A stretch of DNA of 64,000 nt, taken from the NCBI GenBank assembly GCA_965200555.1, contig OZ241365.1, positions 920,605-984,604 on the forward strand, read 5' to 3'. The notes below the pieces were generated by a model. It was not told where the DNA came from. It was given only the letters and a program-made list of their open reading frames with translations, and did not search any database. The position numbers and the translations under genes are program-made. Of this stretch, positions 9,430 to 18,786 are shown in pieces; positions within the stretch are counted from its first letter, which is position 1; each line of letters begins with the position of its first letter. Source of the stretch: Dehalococcoidia bacterium (GTDB taxonomy: Bacteria > Chloroflexota > Dehalococcoidia > UBA2979).

Positions 9430-10773
9430 CTACGGCGTCGCGGCGTCCGGGCCGGGAAGCTCCGCTTCCCAGAGGATGCCGCCGGCGTCGTACTGGCCAG
9501 TGACGACGCGGACGAGGGGGTACGGGGGGAGTTCGACCGCCGTCATGCACCGCCCCCCGTGGTGCAGCCCGCCGTCGGCGAAAGCGAAGCCGGCGGTGTT
9601 GTACGGCTGCTCGCCTTCGAGGTCGTCCTCGCCGGCGGGGTAGTAGCGCAGGAAGAAGCGGCCCGCAGTGTCCGAGGCGGTGCACTCCTCCCGCGCCCAC
9701 GTCAGCGTGCGCCCGTCGAGGTACAGGCCGAAGGCCGCGTCCGCCGCCGGCTCGCCGGCCGTCGCGGCGTCCCAGCGGGCGAGCCACCCCCCGGCGTCGA
9801 GCGGGAACCCCGCGGCCCAGATCGTGCCGTCGGCGTCGTACTGGCCGGCGACGATGCGGTCGAGGCCGTAGGCGGGCGCCTCGACCGCCGTCATGCACCG
9901 CCCCCCGTGGTGCAGGCCGCCGTCGGCGAAGGCGAAGCCGGCGGTGTTGTACGGCTGCTCGCCCTCGAGGTCGTCCTCGGCGGCGGGGTAGTAGCGCACG
10001 AAGAAGCGGCCCGCGGTGTCCGAGGCGGTGCACCCCTCGCGCGCGAGGGTCAGCGTGCGCCCGTCGAGGTACACGCCGAAGGGGCCGCGCAACCTCGGTT
10101 CGCCGGACGTGGCGGCGTCCCAGCGGGCGAGCCACCCCTCGGCGGCGAGCGGGAACCCGGCGGCCCAGATCGTGCCGTCCTCGTCGTACTGGCCGGCGAC
10201 GATGCGGTCGAGGCCGTAGGCGGGCGCCTCGATCCTCATCATGCACATGTCCTCGTGGTACACGCCGTCGTCGGCGAAGCCGAAGCCGGCGGTGTTGTAC
10301 GGGTCCCCGCCTTCGAGGTCGTCCGCGTCGGCGGGGTAGTAGCGCACGAAGAAGCGGCCCGCGGTGTCCGAGGCGGAGCACTCCTCCCGCACCCAGGTCA
10401 GCGTGCGCCCGTCGAGGTAAAGGTCGAAGGGGCCGCGCAGCACCGGCCCGCCGGACGTGGCGGCGTCCCAGCGGGCGCGCCACGCCCCGGCGTTGAGCGG
10501 CGTCCCCCCGGACCCGGCGAGGCCGCCGCCGGAACCGGCAGCCGCCGTCGCGTCCGGCGTCGCCGTCGCGTCCGGCGCCGGCGCGGTCGGCGTCGCGGTG
10601 GGCGTGGGCGGGGCGGAGACGGCGGCCCCGTCCGGCAAGGGGCCTCCCGCGGGGTCGAACGGCACGACGAGCACGAAGACGGCGGCGGCCATCGCCAGCA
10701 GCACCGAAGCGGCGGCGAAGAAGTGGACGGGGCGTGCGGCCCGCAGGGCCGGCGCGACGAATGCCGACAGCAT
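9430..10773 (-). CDS. Secreted/membrane-anchored protein with three tandem ~116-aa repeats (unknown function)
   Basis: The start is MLSAFVAPALRAARPVHFFAAASVLLAMAAAVFVLVV (signal anchor), followed by a Pro/Thr/Ala-rich linker. Three repeats follow of W(L)ARWDAATSGxPxLRGPFxxYLDGRTLTxxREECxASDTAGRFFVRYYPAxxDDLEGxxPYNTAGFxFADxGxxHxxxCMxxxExPxYGLDRIVAGQYDxDGTIWAAGFPL. The upstream part of the track ORF (to 12102) is antisense artefact. Confidence 0.6.
   Translation of the reverse strand: MLSAFVAPALRAARPVHFFAAASVLLAMAAAVFVLVVPFDPAGGPLPDGAAVSAPPTPTATPTAPAPDATATPDATAAAGSGGGLAGSGGTPLNAGAWRARWDAATSGGPVLRGPFDLYLDGRTLTWVREECSASDTAGRFFVRYYPADADDLEGGDPYNTAGFGFADDGVYHEDMCMMRIEAPAYGLDRIVAGQYDEDGTIWAAGFPLAAEGWLARWDAATSGEPRLRGPFGVYLDGRTLTLAREGCTASDTAGRFFVRYYPAAEDDLEGEQPYNTAGFAFADGGLHHGGRCMTAVEAPAYGLDRIVAGQYDADGTIWAAGFPLDAGGWLARWDAATAGEPAADAAFGLYLDGRTLTWAREECTASDTAGRFFLRYYPAGEDDLEGEQPYNTAGFAFADGGLHHGGRCMTAVELPPYPLVRVVTGQYDAGGILWEAELPGPDAATP
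9470..10560. repeat. Tandem DNA repeat, period about 348 bp, three copies (encodes the protein repeats of the 9430..10773 gene)
   Basis: The same string (e.g. gtcatgcaccgccccccgtggtgcag) recurs at 9544 and 9892, with a diverged copy near 10240. Duplicated small plus-strand ORFs at 9668..9871 and 10016..10219 give near-identical peptides. Confidence 0.7.
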
Positions 10774-10908
10774 GGACGCCTTACCCCCGCGCGCCGTGGA
10801 GAGCGGAGCATAGGCGGGCGGACGCTTGACCGGAAGAGCGGGGGCTCGCTCGCGCGGAACGGCGCGGAGGGCGATACTGGCGGCGGCGGGGCCGCGGCAG
10901 GAGGCGTC

Positions 10909-12168
10909 GTGGCGTCCCGATCCCCCCGCATCGCGCACCTCGCACGGCTCGCGGTCGCCGTCGCGCTGCTGGCGGCGGCGGGTCTCGCGGCGCCCGCGGC
11001 CGCCGCCGGGCCGTTCGAGGCGGGCACGCGCCTCGTGCTGCGCGGCGAGAGCGGCGACTGCGTGCCGCTGCGCGCCGCGCCCTCGCTGTCCGCGTCGTCG
11101 GCGTACTGCGCGCCCGACGGCAGCGCCGCGACCGCGACCGGCGACCGCATCGCGGGCGACGGCCTCGACTGGGAGTACGTCCTCGCCGACGGGGGCCGCG
11201 GGTACGCGCCCGCCGCCCGCCTCGAACGCGCGGGCGCGGGCGGCGCGCCGCCCGCCGGGGCCGCGGCGCTGCCCGTCCCGCCGCCGGGCGGATTCGCGCA
11301 GGGCCTCGCGGGTACGTCGGACCCTCGCGGGCTGGTCGCGGCGCAGCCGTTCGCGGTCGCCGCGGTGTGGCTGTTCCAGCCGTCGAGCCAGACGTACCTG
11401 ACCTACGTCCCCGGCGCGCCCGCGTTCGTCAACACGCTCGGCGCCTCCTCGCTGCGCCCGGACAGCGCCGTCACCGTGCGGCGGGCGGGCGAGCTCGACC
11501 GCGCGGCGCTGCCGCCGCCCCCCGCCGCGCCCGCGGGCGCGGCGATCGAGGGCGCGCCGAACGTCTTCCCGGCGCCGCCCGCGGGCGGCTTCGCGCAGGG
11601 CGTCTCCGGCACGAACGACCCCGCCGCGCTCGCCGCCGCGCAGCCGTTCGGGGTGCGCGCGATCTGGGTGCTCGACACGCCCTCGCAGCAGTGGCTGACC
11701 TACATCCCCGGCGCGCCCGCCGCCGTCAGCACGCTCGCGCGCGGCCTGCTGCGCCCCGGCAGCATCGTCACGATCGGCGCGGCCGCGGCCACGACCGCGC
11801 CGGCGCCCGAACCCGAGGCGGGAACGACGATCGAGACCACGATCACGTACTACTACTGCGAGGGCACGGGCGGCGACGGCGGCGGCTTCTGCGGCTACAT
11901 GGCGAACGGCCAGATCGTGCACGCCGGGGCCGCCGCCTGCGCCCGCTCCCGCCTCGGCGAGCGCTTCCGCATCGTCGGCGACCCGACCGTCTACACCTGC
12001 GAGGACACGGGCGGCGCCGTCCACGGCCACCACCGCGACATCTGGTTCCGCTACAGCGCCGACGCCGCAGCCTGGGCGCGGCGGATGCTCGACGCCGGCC
12101 ATTTCGAGGATCGCCAGCTCGCCGACGGCAGCTGGCGGCGCTACGGCCGCATCGAGATCCTGCCGTAG
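10909..12168 (+). CDS. Secreted cell-wall-associated protein: SH3b-like domain, two ~65-aa repeats, C-terminal 3D domain (MltA/YabE/Rpf-type)
   Basis: GTG at 10909 is preceded by AGGAGG. The signal peptide is ASRSPRIAHLARLAVAVALLAAAGLAAPAAAAG. The C-terminus TITYYYCEGTGGDGGGFCGYMANGQIVHAGAAACARSRLGERFRIVGDPTVYTCEDTGGAVHGHHRDIWF...YGRIEIL matches the 3D-domain pattern (YC..G.T..G....G.vA......lG......G....v.DtGGAi.G..iDi.f...A..fG...v.iL). It is divergent from the repeat-protein gene, with a 135-bp shared intergenic region. Confidence 0.7.
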   Translation: MASRSPRIAHLARLAVAVALLAAAGLAAPAAAAGPFEAGTRLVLRGESGDCVPLRAAPSLSASSAYCAPDGSAATATGDRIAGDGLDWEYVLADGGRGYAPAARLERAGAGGAPPAGAAALPVPPPGGFAQGLAGTSDPRGLVAAQPFAVAAVWLFQPSSQTYLTYVPGAPAFVNTLGASSLRPDSAVTVRRAGELDRAALPPPPAAPAGAAIEGAPNVFPAPPAGGFAQGVSGTNDPAALAAAQPFGVRAIWVLDTPSQQWLTYIPGAPAAVSTLARGLLRPGSIVTIGAAAATTAPAPEPEAGTTIETTITYYYCEGTGGDGGGFCGYMANGQIVHAGAAACARSRLGERFRIVGDPTVYTCEDTGGAVHGHHRDIWFRYSADAAAWARRMLDAGHFEDRQLADGSWRRYGRIEILP

Positions 12169-12235
12169 CGGGCCCTCGCGCCGCCGGTCCGTGCGCGCCT
12201 CGCGCCGCCGCTCGCCGCGCCGCCGCCGCTGCGGC

Positions 12236-13663
12236 CTATCGCCCGCCGCTGCGCCCGATGTAGTCCGGGCTGCGGCCGTAGAAGGCGGCGGCGGCGTGCA
12301 TCAGCGTCTCCGACAGCGTCGGGTGCGGGTGCACGGTCAGTTCGAGGTCCTCCGCCACCGCCCCCAGCTCGATCGCCAGCGCCGCCTCGCCGATCAGCTC
12401 GCCCGCGCCGGGGCCGGCGATGCCGGCTCCGAGCACGCGGTGGGTGTGCGGCTCGATCACCAGCTTGGTCACGCCGTCGTTGCGCCCGAGCGTCGTCGCG
12501 CGGCCCGAGGCGGCCCACGGCATCGAGGACACGAGCACCTCGATGCGGCGGTCGGCGGCCTCGGTCTCGGTCAGGCCGGCCCACGCGATCTCGGGGTCGG
12601 TGTAGATCACGGCGGGGACGGCGGCCGGGTCCCACGCGGCGGGGCGGCCGGCGATGGCCTCGACGGCGACGCGCGCCTCGTGCGTGGCCTTGTGCGCGAG
12701 CATCGGCTCGCCCGCCACGTCGCCGACGGCGAAGACGTGCGGCTCGGCGGTGCGGCGCTGGGCGTCGACCTCGACGAAGCCGCGCGCGTCCAGCCGCACG
12801 GCGGTGCGTTCGAGGCCCAGCCGCGCGCTGTTGGGGCGGCGGCCGGTGGCGACCAGCACGCGCTCGAACTCGCAGTCCTCGGGCGGGCCGTCCGCGCCCG
12901 CGATGCGCGCGCGGACGGCCTCGCCGGTGTCCTCGATCGCCAGCACCGAGGTTTCGAGGCGGATCGCCTCGAAGTCGCGCTCGAGGCGGCGCTGGAGGTG
13001 GCGCACGAGGTCGCGATCGACGCCGGGCACGAGGCCGGCCGTCATCTCCACGACGGTGACGCGCGCGCCGAGCGCGGCGTAGACGCTGCCCAGCTCCAGC
13101 CCGATGTAGCCGCCGCCGACGACGAGCAGCGTCTCCGGCACGCGCTCCAGCTCCAGCGCCGAGGTCGAGTCGAGCACCCTCGGGCTGTCGAGGGCGAGCG
13201 CCGGGGGGCGCGCGGGGGCGGAGCCGGTGGCGACGATGGCGTAGTCGAAGCCGACGGTGCGCGCGGGGCCGCCGTCCGCGGGCGCGACGCTCAGCGCGTG
13301 GGGATCGACGAACGCCGCGCGGCCCTGCTCGTAGCGCACCCCGTGGCGGCGGGAGAGCTGGCCGAGGCCGCCCGTCAGGCGCTCGACGACGCCGCTGCGG
13401 AAGCCGCGCAGCCGTTCGAGGTCGATCTGCGGCTCGCCGAAGGCGACGCCCCACTCCTCGGCCTCCCGCGCCTCGCCGATCAGGGAGGCGACGTGGAGCA
13501 GGGCCTTCGAGGGGATGCAGCCGCGGTAGAGGCAGACGCCGCCGGGGTTCGGCTCCTCGTCGATCAGCGTGACCTGCATCCCGAGGCCGGCGGCGAGGAA
13601 GGCGGCGGGGTAGCCGCCGGGGCCCCCGCCGACGACGGCGAGGCGGACGCCTTCGTGGGTCAC
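12236..13663 (-). CDS. lpdA: Dihydrolipoyl dehydrogenase (E3)
   Basis: 475 aa with a GTG start. It has the FAD-binding GGGPGGY motif, the redox-active disulfide region GGVCLYRGCIPSK, the NAD-binding VVGGGYIGLELG motif, and the C-terminal dimerisation/His-Pro region HPHPTLSE. Confidence 0.9.
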   Translation of the reverse strand: MTHEGVRLAVVGGGPGGYPAAFLAAGLGMQVTLIDEEPNPGGVCLYRGCIPSKALLHVASLIGEAREAEEWGVAFGEPQIDLERLRGFRSGVVERLTGGLGQLSRRHGVRYEQGRAAFVDPHALSVAPADGGPARTVGFDYAIVATGSAPARPPALALDSPRVLDSTSALELERVPETLLVVGGGYIGLELGSVYAALGARVTVVEMTAGLVPGVDRDLVRHLQRRLERDFEAIRLETSVLAIEDTGEAVRARIAGADGPPEDCEFERVLVATGRRPNSARLGLERTAVRLDARGFVEVDAQRRTAEPHVFAVGDVAGEPMLAHKATHEARVAVEAIAGRPAAWDPAAVPAVIYTDPEIAWAGLTETEAADRRIEVLVSSMPWAASGRATTLGRNDGVTKLVIEPHTHRVLGAGIAGPGAGELIGEAALAIELGAVAEDLELTVHPHPTLSETLMHAAAAFYGRSPDYIGRSGGR

Positions 13664-13694
13664 GCGCGCTCCTCTCCCGCCGCGCCGCGGCGCG

Positions 13695-15122
13695 CTACAG
13701 CACCAGCTGCGGCGGCTCCTCGACGGCCTCGATGATCCAGTTGAGGGCGCGCGCGGCGTCGGCGCCGTCGATCAGGCGGTGGTCGACGGTGAGGCCGAGC
13801 GGCAGCCGCAGCCGCGGGCGGAACTCGCCCTCGATCCACACCGGCTCGCGCTCGGCGCGCCCGACGGCGAGGATGCCGACCTCCGGCGGATGCAGGATGG
13901 CGGTGAAGAAGCCCGTACCGAAGCCGCCGAGGTTGCTGATCGTGAAGGTGCCGCCCCGCAGCTCGTCGAGGCCGAGCCGCCGCTGGCGCGCCTTCGCCGC
14001 CAGCTCGCCGATCTCGACCGCGAGCTCGGTCAGCGACTTGCGGTCGGCGTCGCGCACGACGGGCACGACGAGGCCGCGCTCGGTGTCGGTGGCGACGCCG
14101 ACGTGGACGTAGCGGCGGTAGACGACCTCCAGCGTCGCGGCGTCGATCGAGGCGTTGAGGCGGGGGAAGGCCGCGAGCGCGCGGGCGACGACCTGCATCA
14201 GGATCGGCAGCATCGTGAGCGAGCCGCCGGCCTCGGCGACGCGGTCGCGGAACTGGCGGCGCAGCGCGTCGAGCTCGGTGACGTCGGCCTTCTGCTGGAG
14301 CGTGATGTGGGGGCTCTGCGTCCACGAGGCGCCGAGGGTGCGCGCCGTCGCGCGCCGCGTCGCCGACATCCGCTCGCGCTCGACCTCGCCGAACAGCGCG
14401 AGGTCGGGCAGCGGCAGCGCCGCGGGCGGGGCCTCGGCGGGCGGGGCGGCCCTCGGCGCGGGGGGCGGGGGCGGCTCGGGCGCGGCCCGCGCGGGGGCGG
14501 CGCCGGAGTAGAGCGCGGCCAGCAGGGCGCGCGCGTGCGCCTTCACGTCCTCGATCGAGACGCGCCCGCCGGGGCCGCTGCCGGCCACGTCGCCGATGCG
14601 GACGCCGATCTCGCGCGCGAACAGCCGCACCGACGGCGCGGCCGGCGCCGTCTCGCCCGGCGCGAGCGCGGCGGGCGGCAGCGCCGACGCGGGCGGCGCG
14701 ACCGGCGCGGCCGGCGGCGCGACGGGCGCGGCCGAGGCCGGCGCGGGCGTCGGGGGCGCCGGCGCGGCCTCGGCGGGCGGCGCGGGCGCCTCGGCGGCGG
14801 GCGGCGTGGACGCCTCGGCGGGCTGGGGGGCGGCCTCGCGCGGCGGGGGCGGCGCGGGGGCGGGCGGGGGCGAGGGCGCGGCGTCCGCGGGGGCGAGGGC
14901 GACGAGCGGCTGGCCGACGCGCACCACCTCGCCGACGGCGACGTGGACGGCCTCGATCACGCCCGCGTGCGGGGCGGGCACGTCGAGATTCGCCTTCTCG
15001 GTCTCGACCTCGATCAGCGGCTGGCCGGACTCGACGGCGTCGCCGGGGGCGACGAGGACGCCGATCACCTCGGCCTCCTCGATGCCCTCGCCGAGTTCGG
15101 GCAGGGTGAAATCGGCGGCCAT
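13695..15122 (-). CDS. aceF: Dihydrolipoamide acetyltransferase, E2 component of the pyruvate dehydrogenase complex (one lipoyl domain + PSBD + catalytic domain)
   Basis: The start is MAADFTLPELGEGIEEAEVIG, and the lipoyl-lysine sits in ETEKA. A Pro/Ala linker is followed by a peripheral subunit-binding domain (VRLFAREIGVRIGDVAGSGPGGRVSIEDV). The catalytic domain has DHRLIDGADAA (catalytic His/Asp). A GGAGGA RBS is present. Confidence 0.88.
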   Translation of the reverse strand: MAADFTLPELGEGIEEAEVIGVLVAPGDAVESGQPLIEVETEKANLDVPAPHAGVIEAVHVAVGEVVRVGQPLVALAPADAAPSPPPAPAPPPPREAAPQPAEASTPPAAEAPAPPAEAAPAPPTPAPASAAPVAPPAAPVAPPASALPPAALAPGETAPAAPSVRLFAREIGVRIGDVAGSGPGGRVSIEDVKAHARALLAALYSGAAPARAAPEPPPPPAPRAAPPAEAPPAALPLPDLALFGEVERERMSATRRATARTLGASWTQSPHITLQQKADVTELDALRRQFRDRVAEAGGSLTMLPILMQVVARALAAFPRLNASIDAATLEVVYRRYVHVGVATDTERGLVVPVVRDADRKSLTELAVEIGELAAKARQRRLGLDELRGGTFTISNLGGFGTGFFTAILHPPEVGILAVGRAEREPVWIEGEFRPRLRLPLGLTVDHRLIDGADAARALNWIIEAVEEPPQLVL

Positions 15123-15145
15123 GCGTCCTCCGCGCTGCGCTCGCC

Positions 15146-17893
15146 TCAGGCGAGCCGGGGGTTGACCTTGCCGGGGTCGATGCCGAGTTCGGCGACGGCG
15201 CGCCGCGGCAGGGCGGGGTCGACCGCGCCCTCGCGGGCGAGGGCCCAGAGCGCGGCGAGCGCGACATGCTTGGCGTCCACTTCGAAGTGGTCGCGCAGCG
15301 CGGCGCGCGTCTCGCTGAGCCCGAAGCCGTCGGTGCCGAGCGAGACGAGGCGGCCCGGCAGCCACTTCGCGATCGCGTCCGGCAGCGACTTGAGGTAGTC
15401 CGAGGCTGCCACGAACGGCCCCTCGGCGTCCGCCGTGATCGTCTCGAGGTACGAGCGGCGGGGCGGCTCGCCGGGGTGGAGCATATTCCAGCGCTCGGCG
15501 TCGAGGGCGTCGCGGCGCAGCTCGCTGTAGCTGGTGACGGACCAGACGGCGGCGGCGACGCCGTAGCGTTCGCCGAGGATGCGCTGCGCCTCGGCCACCT
15601 CGTTGAGGATGGCGCCGCTGCCGAGCAGCTGGACGCGCGGGCCGCCGGCGTCGGCGGGGCGGAGGCGGTACATGCCGCGCAGCACGCCCTCGGCGGCGCC
15701 GTCGGGCATCGGAGGCTGGCGGTAGGCCTCGTTGGTGACGGTGAAGTAGTAGATGACGGGCTCCTGCAGCTCGTGCATGCGGCGGATGCCCTCGCGCACG
15801 ATCGCGGCGATCTCGTAGGCGTAGGCCGGGTCGTAGCTGACGACGCTGGGCACGACCGAGGCCAGCACGTGGCTGTGGCCGTCCTGGTGCTGGAGGCCCT
15901 CGCCCTGCAGCGTGGTGCGCCCGGCCGTGGCGCCGACGAGGAAGCCCCGCGCGCGCGAGTCGGCGGCGGCCCAGATCAGGTCGCCCACGCGCTGGAACCC
16001 GAACATCGAGTAGAAGATGAAGACCGGCAGCGTGCACGCCCCGTGCACCGCGGCCGCCGTCCCCGCCGCGATGAACGAGGCGAGCGCCCCGGCCTCGGTG
16101 ATGCCCTCCTCGAGGATCTGGCCGTCGGTCGATTCCTTGTAGTAGATGAGGCTGTCGGCGTCGACGGGTTCGTAGAGCTGGCCGACGTGGGAGTAGATGC
16201 CGGCCTCGCGGAAGAGCGTCTCCATGCCGAAGGTGCGGGCCTCGTCGGCGACGATCGGCACGACGTGGGGGCCGATCGTCTCGTCGCGCAGCAGCTGGGC
16301 GAGCAGCCGCACGAAGGCGAGGGTGGTCGTGGCCTCGCGCTCGCCGGTGCCGGCGCGGAACTCGTCGTAGATCGTCTCTGCGGGGGCGATGCCGGCGCAG
16401 GAGATGGTGCGGCGCAGCGGCAGGAAGCCGCCCAGCGCGCGGCGGCGATCGTGGATGTAGCGGATCTCGGGGCTGCCCTCGTGCGGGCGGTAGAGCGGGG
16501 CGTGCACGACCTCGGCGTCGCTGAGCGGCACGCCGAAGCGGTCGCGGAACTCCATCAGCTCGTCTTCGTTGAGCTTCTTCTGCTGGTGGGTGATGTTCTT
16601 GCCCTCGCCCGCCTCGCCGAGGCCGTAGCCCTTGATCGTGCGGGCGAGCACGACGGTGGGCGCGCCGCGGTGGCGCACGGCGGCGTGGTAGGCGGCGTGC
16701 ACCTTGTCGGGGTCGTGCCCGCCGAGGCGCATCGCCCACAGCTCGTGGTCGCTGAGGTGCTCGACCATCCGCAGCAGGCGCGGGTCGGCGCCCCAGAAGT
16801 GGCGGCGGATGTAGGCGCCGCCGGCCACGGTGTACTTCTGGTACTCGCCGTCCACGACCTCGCCCATGCGGCGGGCGAGCAGGCCGTCCTCGTCGCGCGC
16901 GAGCAGGGCGTCCCACTCGCCGCCCCACAGCACCTTGATCACGTTCCAGCCCGCGCCGCGGAAGACGGCCTCCAGCTCCTGCACGATCTGCCCGTTGCCG
17001 CGCACCGGCCCGTCGAGGCGCTGGAGGTTGCAGTTGATGACGAAGATCAGGTTGTCGAGCTGCTCCCGCGCCGCCAGCGAGATCGCGCCCAGCGACTCCG
17101 GCTCGTCCGTCTCGCCGTCGCCGAGGAACGCCCACACGCGCGCGTCGGACGGCTCCTTCAGCCCGCGGTCGGCGAGGTAGCGCATGAACCGCGCCTGGTA
17201 GATCGCCATCAGCGGCGAGAGACCCATCGAGACCGTCGGGAACTTCCAGAAGTCCTCCATCAGCCACGGGTGGGGGTACGAGGACAGCCCCCCGCCCTCG
17301 GCCAGCTCGCGCCGGAAGTTGAGCAGCTGGCGCTCGCTCAGCCGCCCCTCGAGGAAGGCCCGCGCGTAGATGCCGGGCGAGGCGTGGCCCTGGATGTAGA
17401 TCAGGTCGCCGCCGCCCGGATCGCCGGCGCCGCGGAAGAAGTGCTGGAAGCCCACCTCGTAGAGCGTGGCCGCCGAGGCGAAGGTGGAGATGTGGCCGCC
17501 GATGCCCTCGACGCTCTGGTTGGCCGTCACCACCATCGCCATCGCGTTCCAGCGCACGAGGCTCTTGATGCGCTGCTCGACGGCGAGGTTGCCGGGGTAC
17601 GGCGGCTGGCGTTCGGCCGGAATGGTGTTGACGTAGGGCGTGCGCGAGGTGACGGGCAGCGGCGCCATCTCCTTCTGCGCCTCCAGCTGCAGCTCGCGCA
17701 GCAGCTCGGCGACGCGGCCGGGGCCGCGCCGGTACCGCACCTCGTGCAGCGACCGCCGCCACTCCTCGGTCTCGATCGCGTCGAGCTCGGCCTCGACGGC
17801 CTCGCGCGCAGCGGCGCCGCCCGCGCCGTTCCCCCCGTTCGCCGCCGCCGCGTCCGCGCGAGCCGCCGCCGCCCGCAGCCCCTCGATCGTCAT
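15146..17893 (-). CDS. aceE: Pyruvate dehydrogenase E1 component (homodimeric AceE type)
   Basis: 915 aa starting MTIEGLRAAAARAD. AceE-type motifs run throughout (TPYVNTIP, GGHISTFASAA, GDGETDEPES ThDP-binding motif, and so on). The start codon ATG overlaps the lipA stop (ATGA at 17890-17893). Confidence 0.9.
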   Translation of the reverse strand: MTIEGLRAAAARADAAAANGGNGAGGAAAREAVEAELDAIETEEWRRSLHEVRYRRGPGRVAELLRELQLEAQKEMAPLPVTSRTPYVNTIPAERQPPYPGNLAVEQRIKSLVRWNAMAMVVTANQSVEGIGGHISTFASAATLYEVGFQHFFRGAGDPGGGDLIYIQGHASPGIYARAFLEGRLSERQLLNFRRELAEGGGLSSYPHPWLMEDFWKFPTVSMGLSPLMAIYQARFMRYLADRGLKEPSDARVWAFLGDGETDEPESLGAISLAAREQLDNLIFVINCNLQRLDGPVRGNGQIVQELEAVFRGAGWNVIKVLWGGEWDALLARDEDGLLARRMGEVVDGEYQKYTVAGGAYIRRHFWGADPRLLRMVEHLSDHELWAMRLGGHDPDKVHAAYHAAVRHRGAPTVVLARTIKGYGLGEAGEGKNITHQQKKLNEDELMEFRDRFGVPLSDAEVVHAPLYRPHEGSPEIRYIHDRRRALGGFLPLRRTISCAGIAPAETIYDEFRAGTGEREATTTLAFVRLLAQLLRDETIGPHVVPIVADEARTFGMETLFREAGIYSHVGQLYEPVDADSLIYYKESTDGQILEEGITEAGALASFIAAGTAAAVHGACTLPVFIFYSMFGFQRVGDLIWAAADSRARGFLVGATAGRTTLQGEGLQHQDGHSHVLASVVPSVVSYDPAYAYEIAAIVREGIRRMHELQEPVIYYFTVTNEAYRQPPMPDGAAEGVLRGMYRLRPADAGGPRVQLLGSGAILNEVAEAQRILGERYGVAAAVWSVTSYSELRRDALDAERWNMLHPGEPPRRSYLETITADAEGPFVAASDYLKSLPDAIAKWLPGRLVSLGTDGFGLSETRAALRDHFEVDAKHVALAALWALAREGAVDPALPRRAVAELGIDPGKVNPRLA

Positions 17894-18786
17894 CGCGCCG
17901 CCTCCCGCCGCCCGGCTCCCTGCTGCTCCTCCGCGCGCCACGAGCTCCGCACCAGCGGCCCGCACTCGGCGTGGCGGAAGCCGATCGCCCGCGCGTGCGC
18001 GGCGATCTCCCCGAACTCGTCGGGATGCCAGTAGCGCTCGACCGGCAGGTGCTTCGCCGAGGGCCGCAGGTACTGGCCGACCGTCAGCAGCTCGCAGCCG
18101 TGCTCGCGCAGGTCCTCGATCGTGGCCTTGACCTCGGGCATCGTCTCGCCGAGGCCGACCATGACGCCGGACTTGGTGGTCATCGCCGGGTCGAGCTGCT
18201 TGACGCGGCGGATCAGGCCGAGCGACCGCGCGTAGCGCGCCTTCGGGCGCACCCGCCGGTACAGCCGCGGCACCGTCTCCGTGTTGTGGTTGAGCACCAC
18301 CGGCCCCGCCGCGACGACGGCGGCGAGGGCGTCGCGGTCGCCCTCGAAGTCCGGGATCAGCACCTCGACGCGCGCCGCCGGCAGGCGGCGGCGGATCGCG
18401 CGGATGCACGCCGCGAACACGCTCGCCCCCCCGTCCGGCAGGTCGTCGCGGTTGACCGAGGTGATCACCACGTAGTCCAGCCCCAGCGTCTCGACCGTCC
18501 GCGCCAGCCGGTACGGCTCCAGCGGGTCCAGCCCGGCCGGGCGGCCCGAGGTCACGTCGCAGAAGCCGCAGGCGCGCGTGCAGACGTCGCCGAGGATCAT
18601 GAACGTCGCCGTGCCGCGGTTGAAGCACTCGCCGATGTTGGGGCAGCGCGCCTCCTCGCACACGGTGTGCAGCTCCTGCTCGCGCAGCAGCCGCTTGATC
18701 GCGGTGAAGCGCTCGCCCGCCGGAAACGGCGCCTTCAGCCACGCCGGCTTGCGGGCCGGCCGCCGCGCGGGCGCCTCAGCGGGCAC
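17890..18786 (-). CDS. lipA: Lipoyl synthase (radical SAM)
   Basis: It has CEEARCPNIGEC (auxiliary cluster), CTRACGFC (radical-SAM CxxxCxxC), and RSSW near the C-terminus. Length is 298 aa. Confidence 0.92.
   Translation of the reverse strand: MPAEAPARRPARKPAWLKAPFPAGERFTAIKRLLREQELHTVCEEARCPNIGECFNRGTATFMILGDVCTRACGFCDVTSGRPAGLDPLEPYRLARTVETLGLDYVVITSVNRDDLPDGGASVFAACIRAIRRRLPAARVEVLIPDFEGDRDALAAVVAAGPVVLNHNTETVPRLYRRVRPKARYARSLGLIRRVKQLDPAMTTKSGVMVGLGETMPEVKATIEDLREHGCELLTVGQYLRPSAKHLPVERYWHPDEFGEIAAHARAIGFRHAECGPLVRSSWRAEEQQGAGRREAAR

Noticed and set aside
9559-12168. 869-aa plus-strand ORF covering the whole 9.5-12.2 kb region
   Set aside because: Only the part from the GTG at 10909 (AGGAGG RBS, signal peptide) is a coherent protein (SH3b-3D). 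The upstream 450 aa is the antisense of the three-repeat gene.
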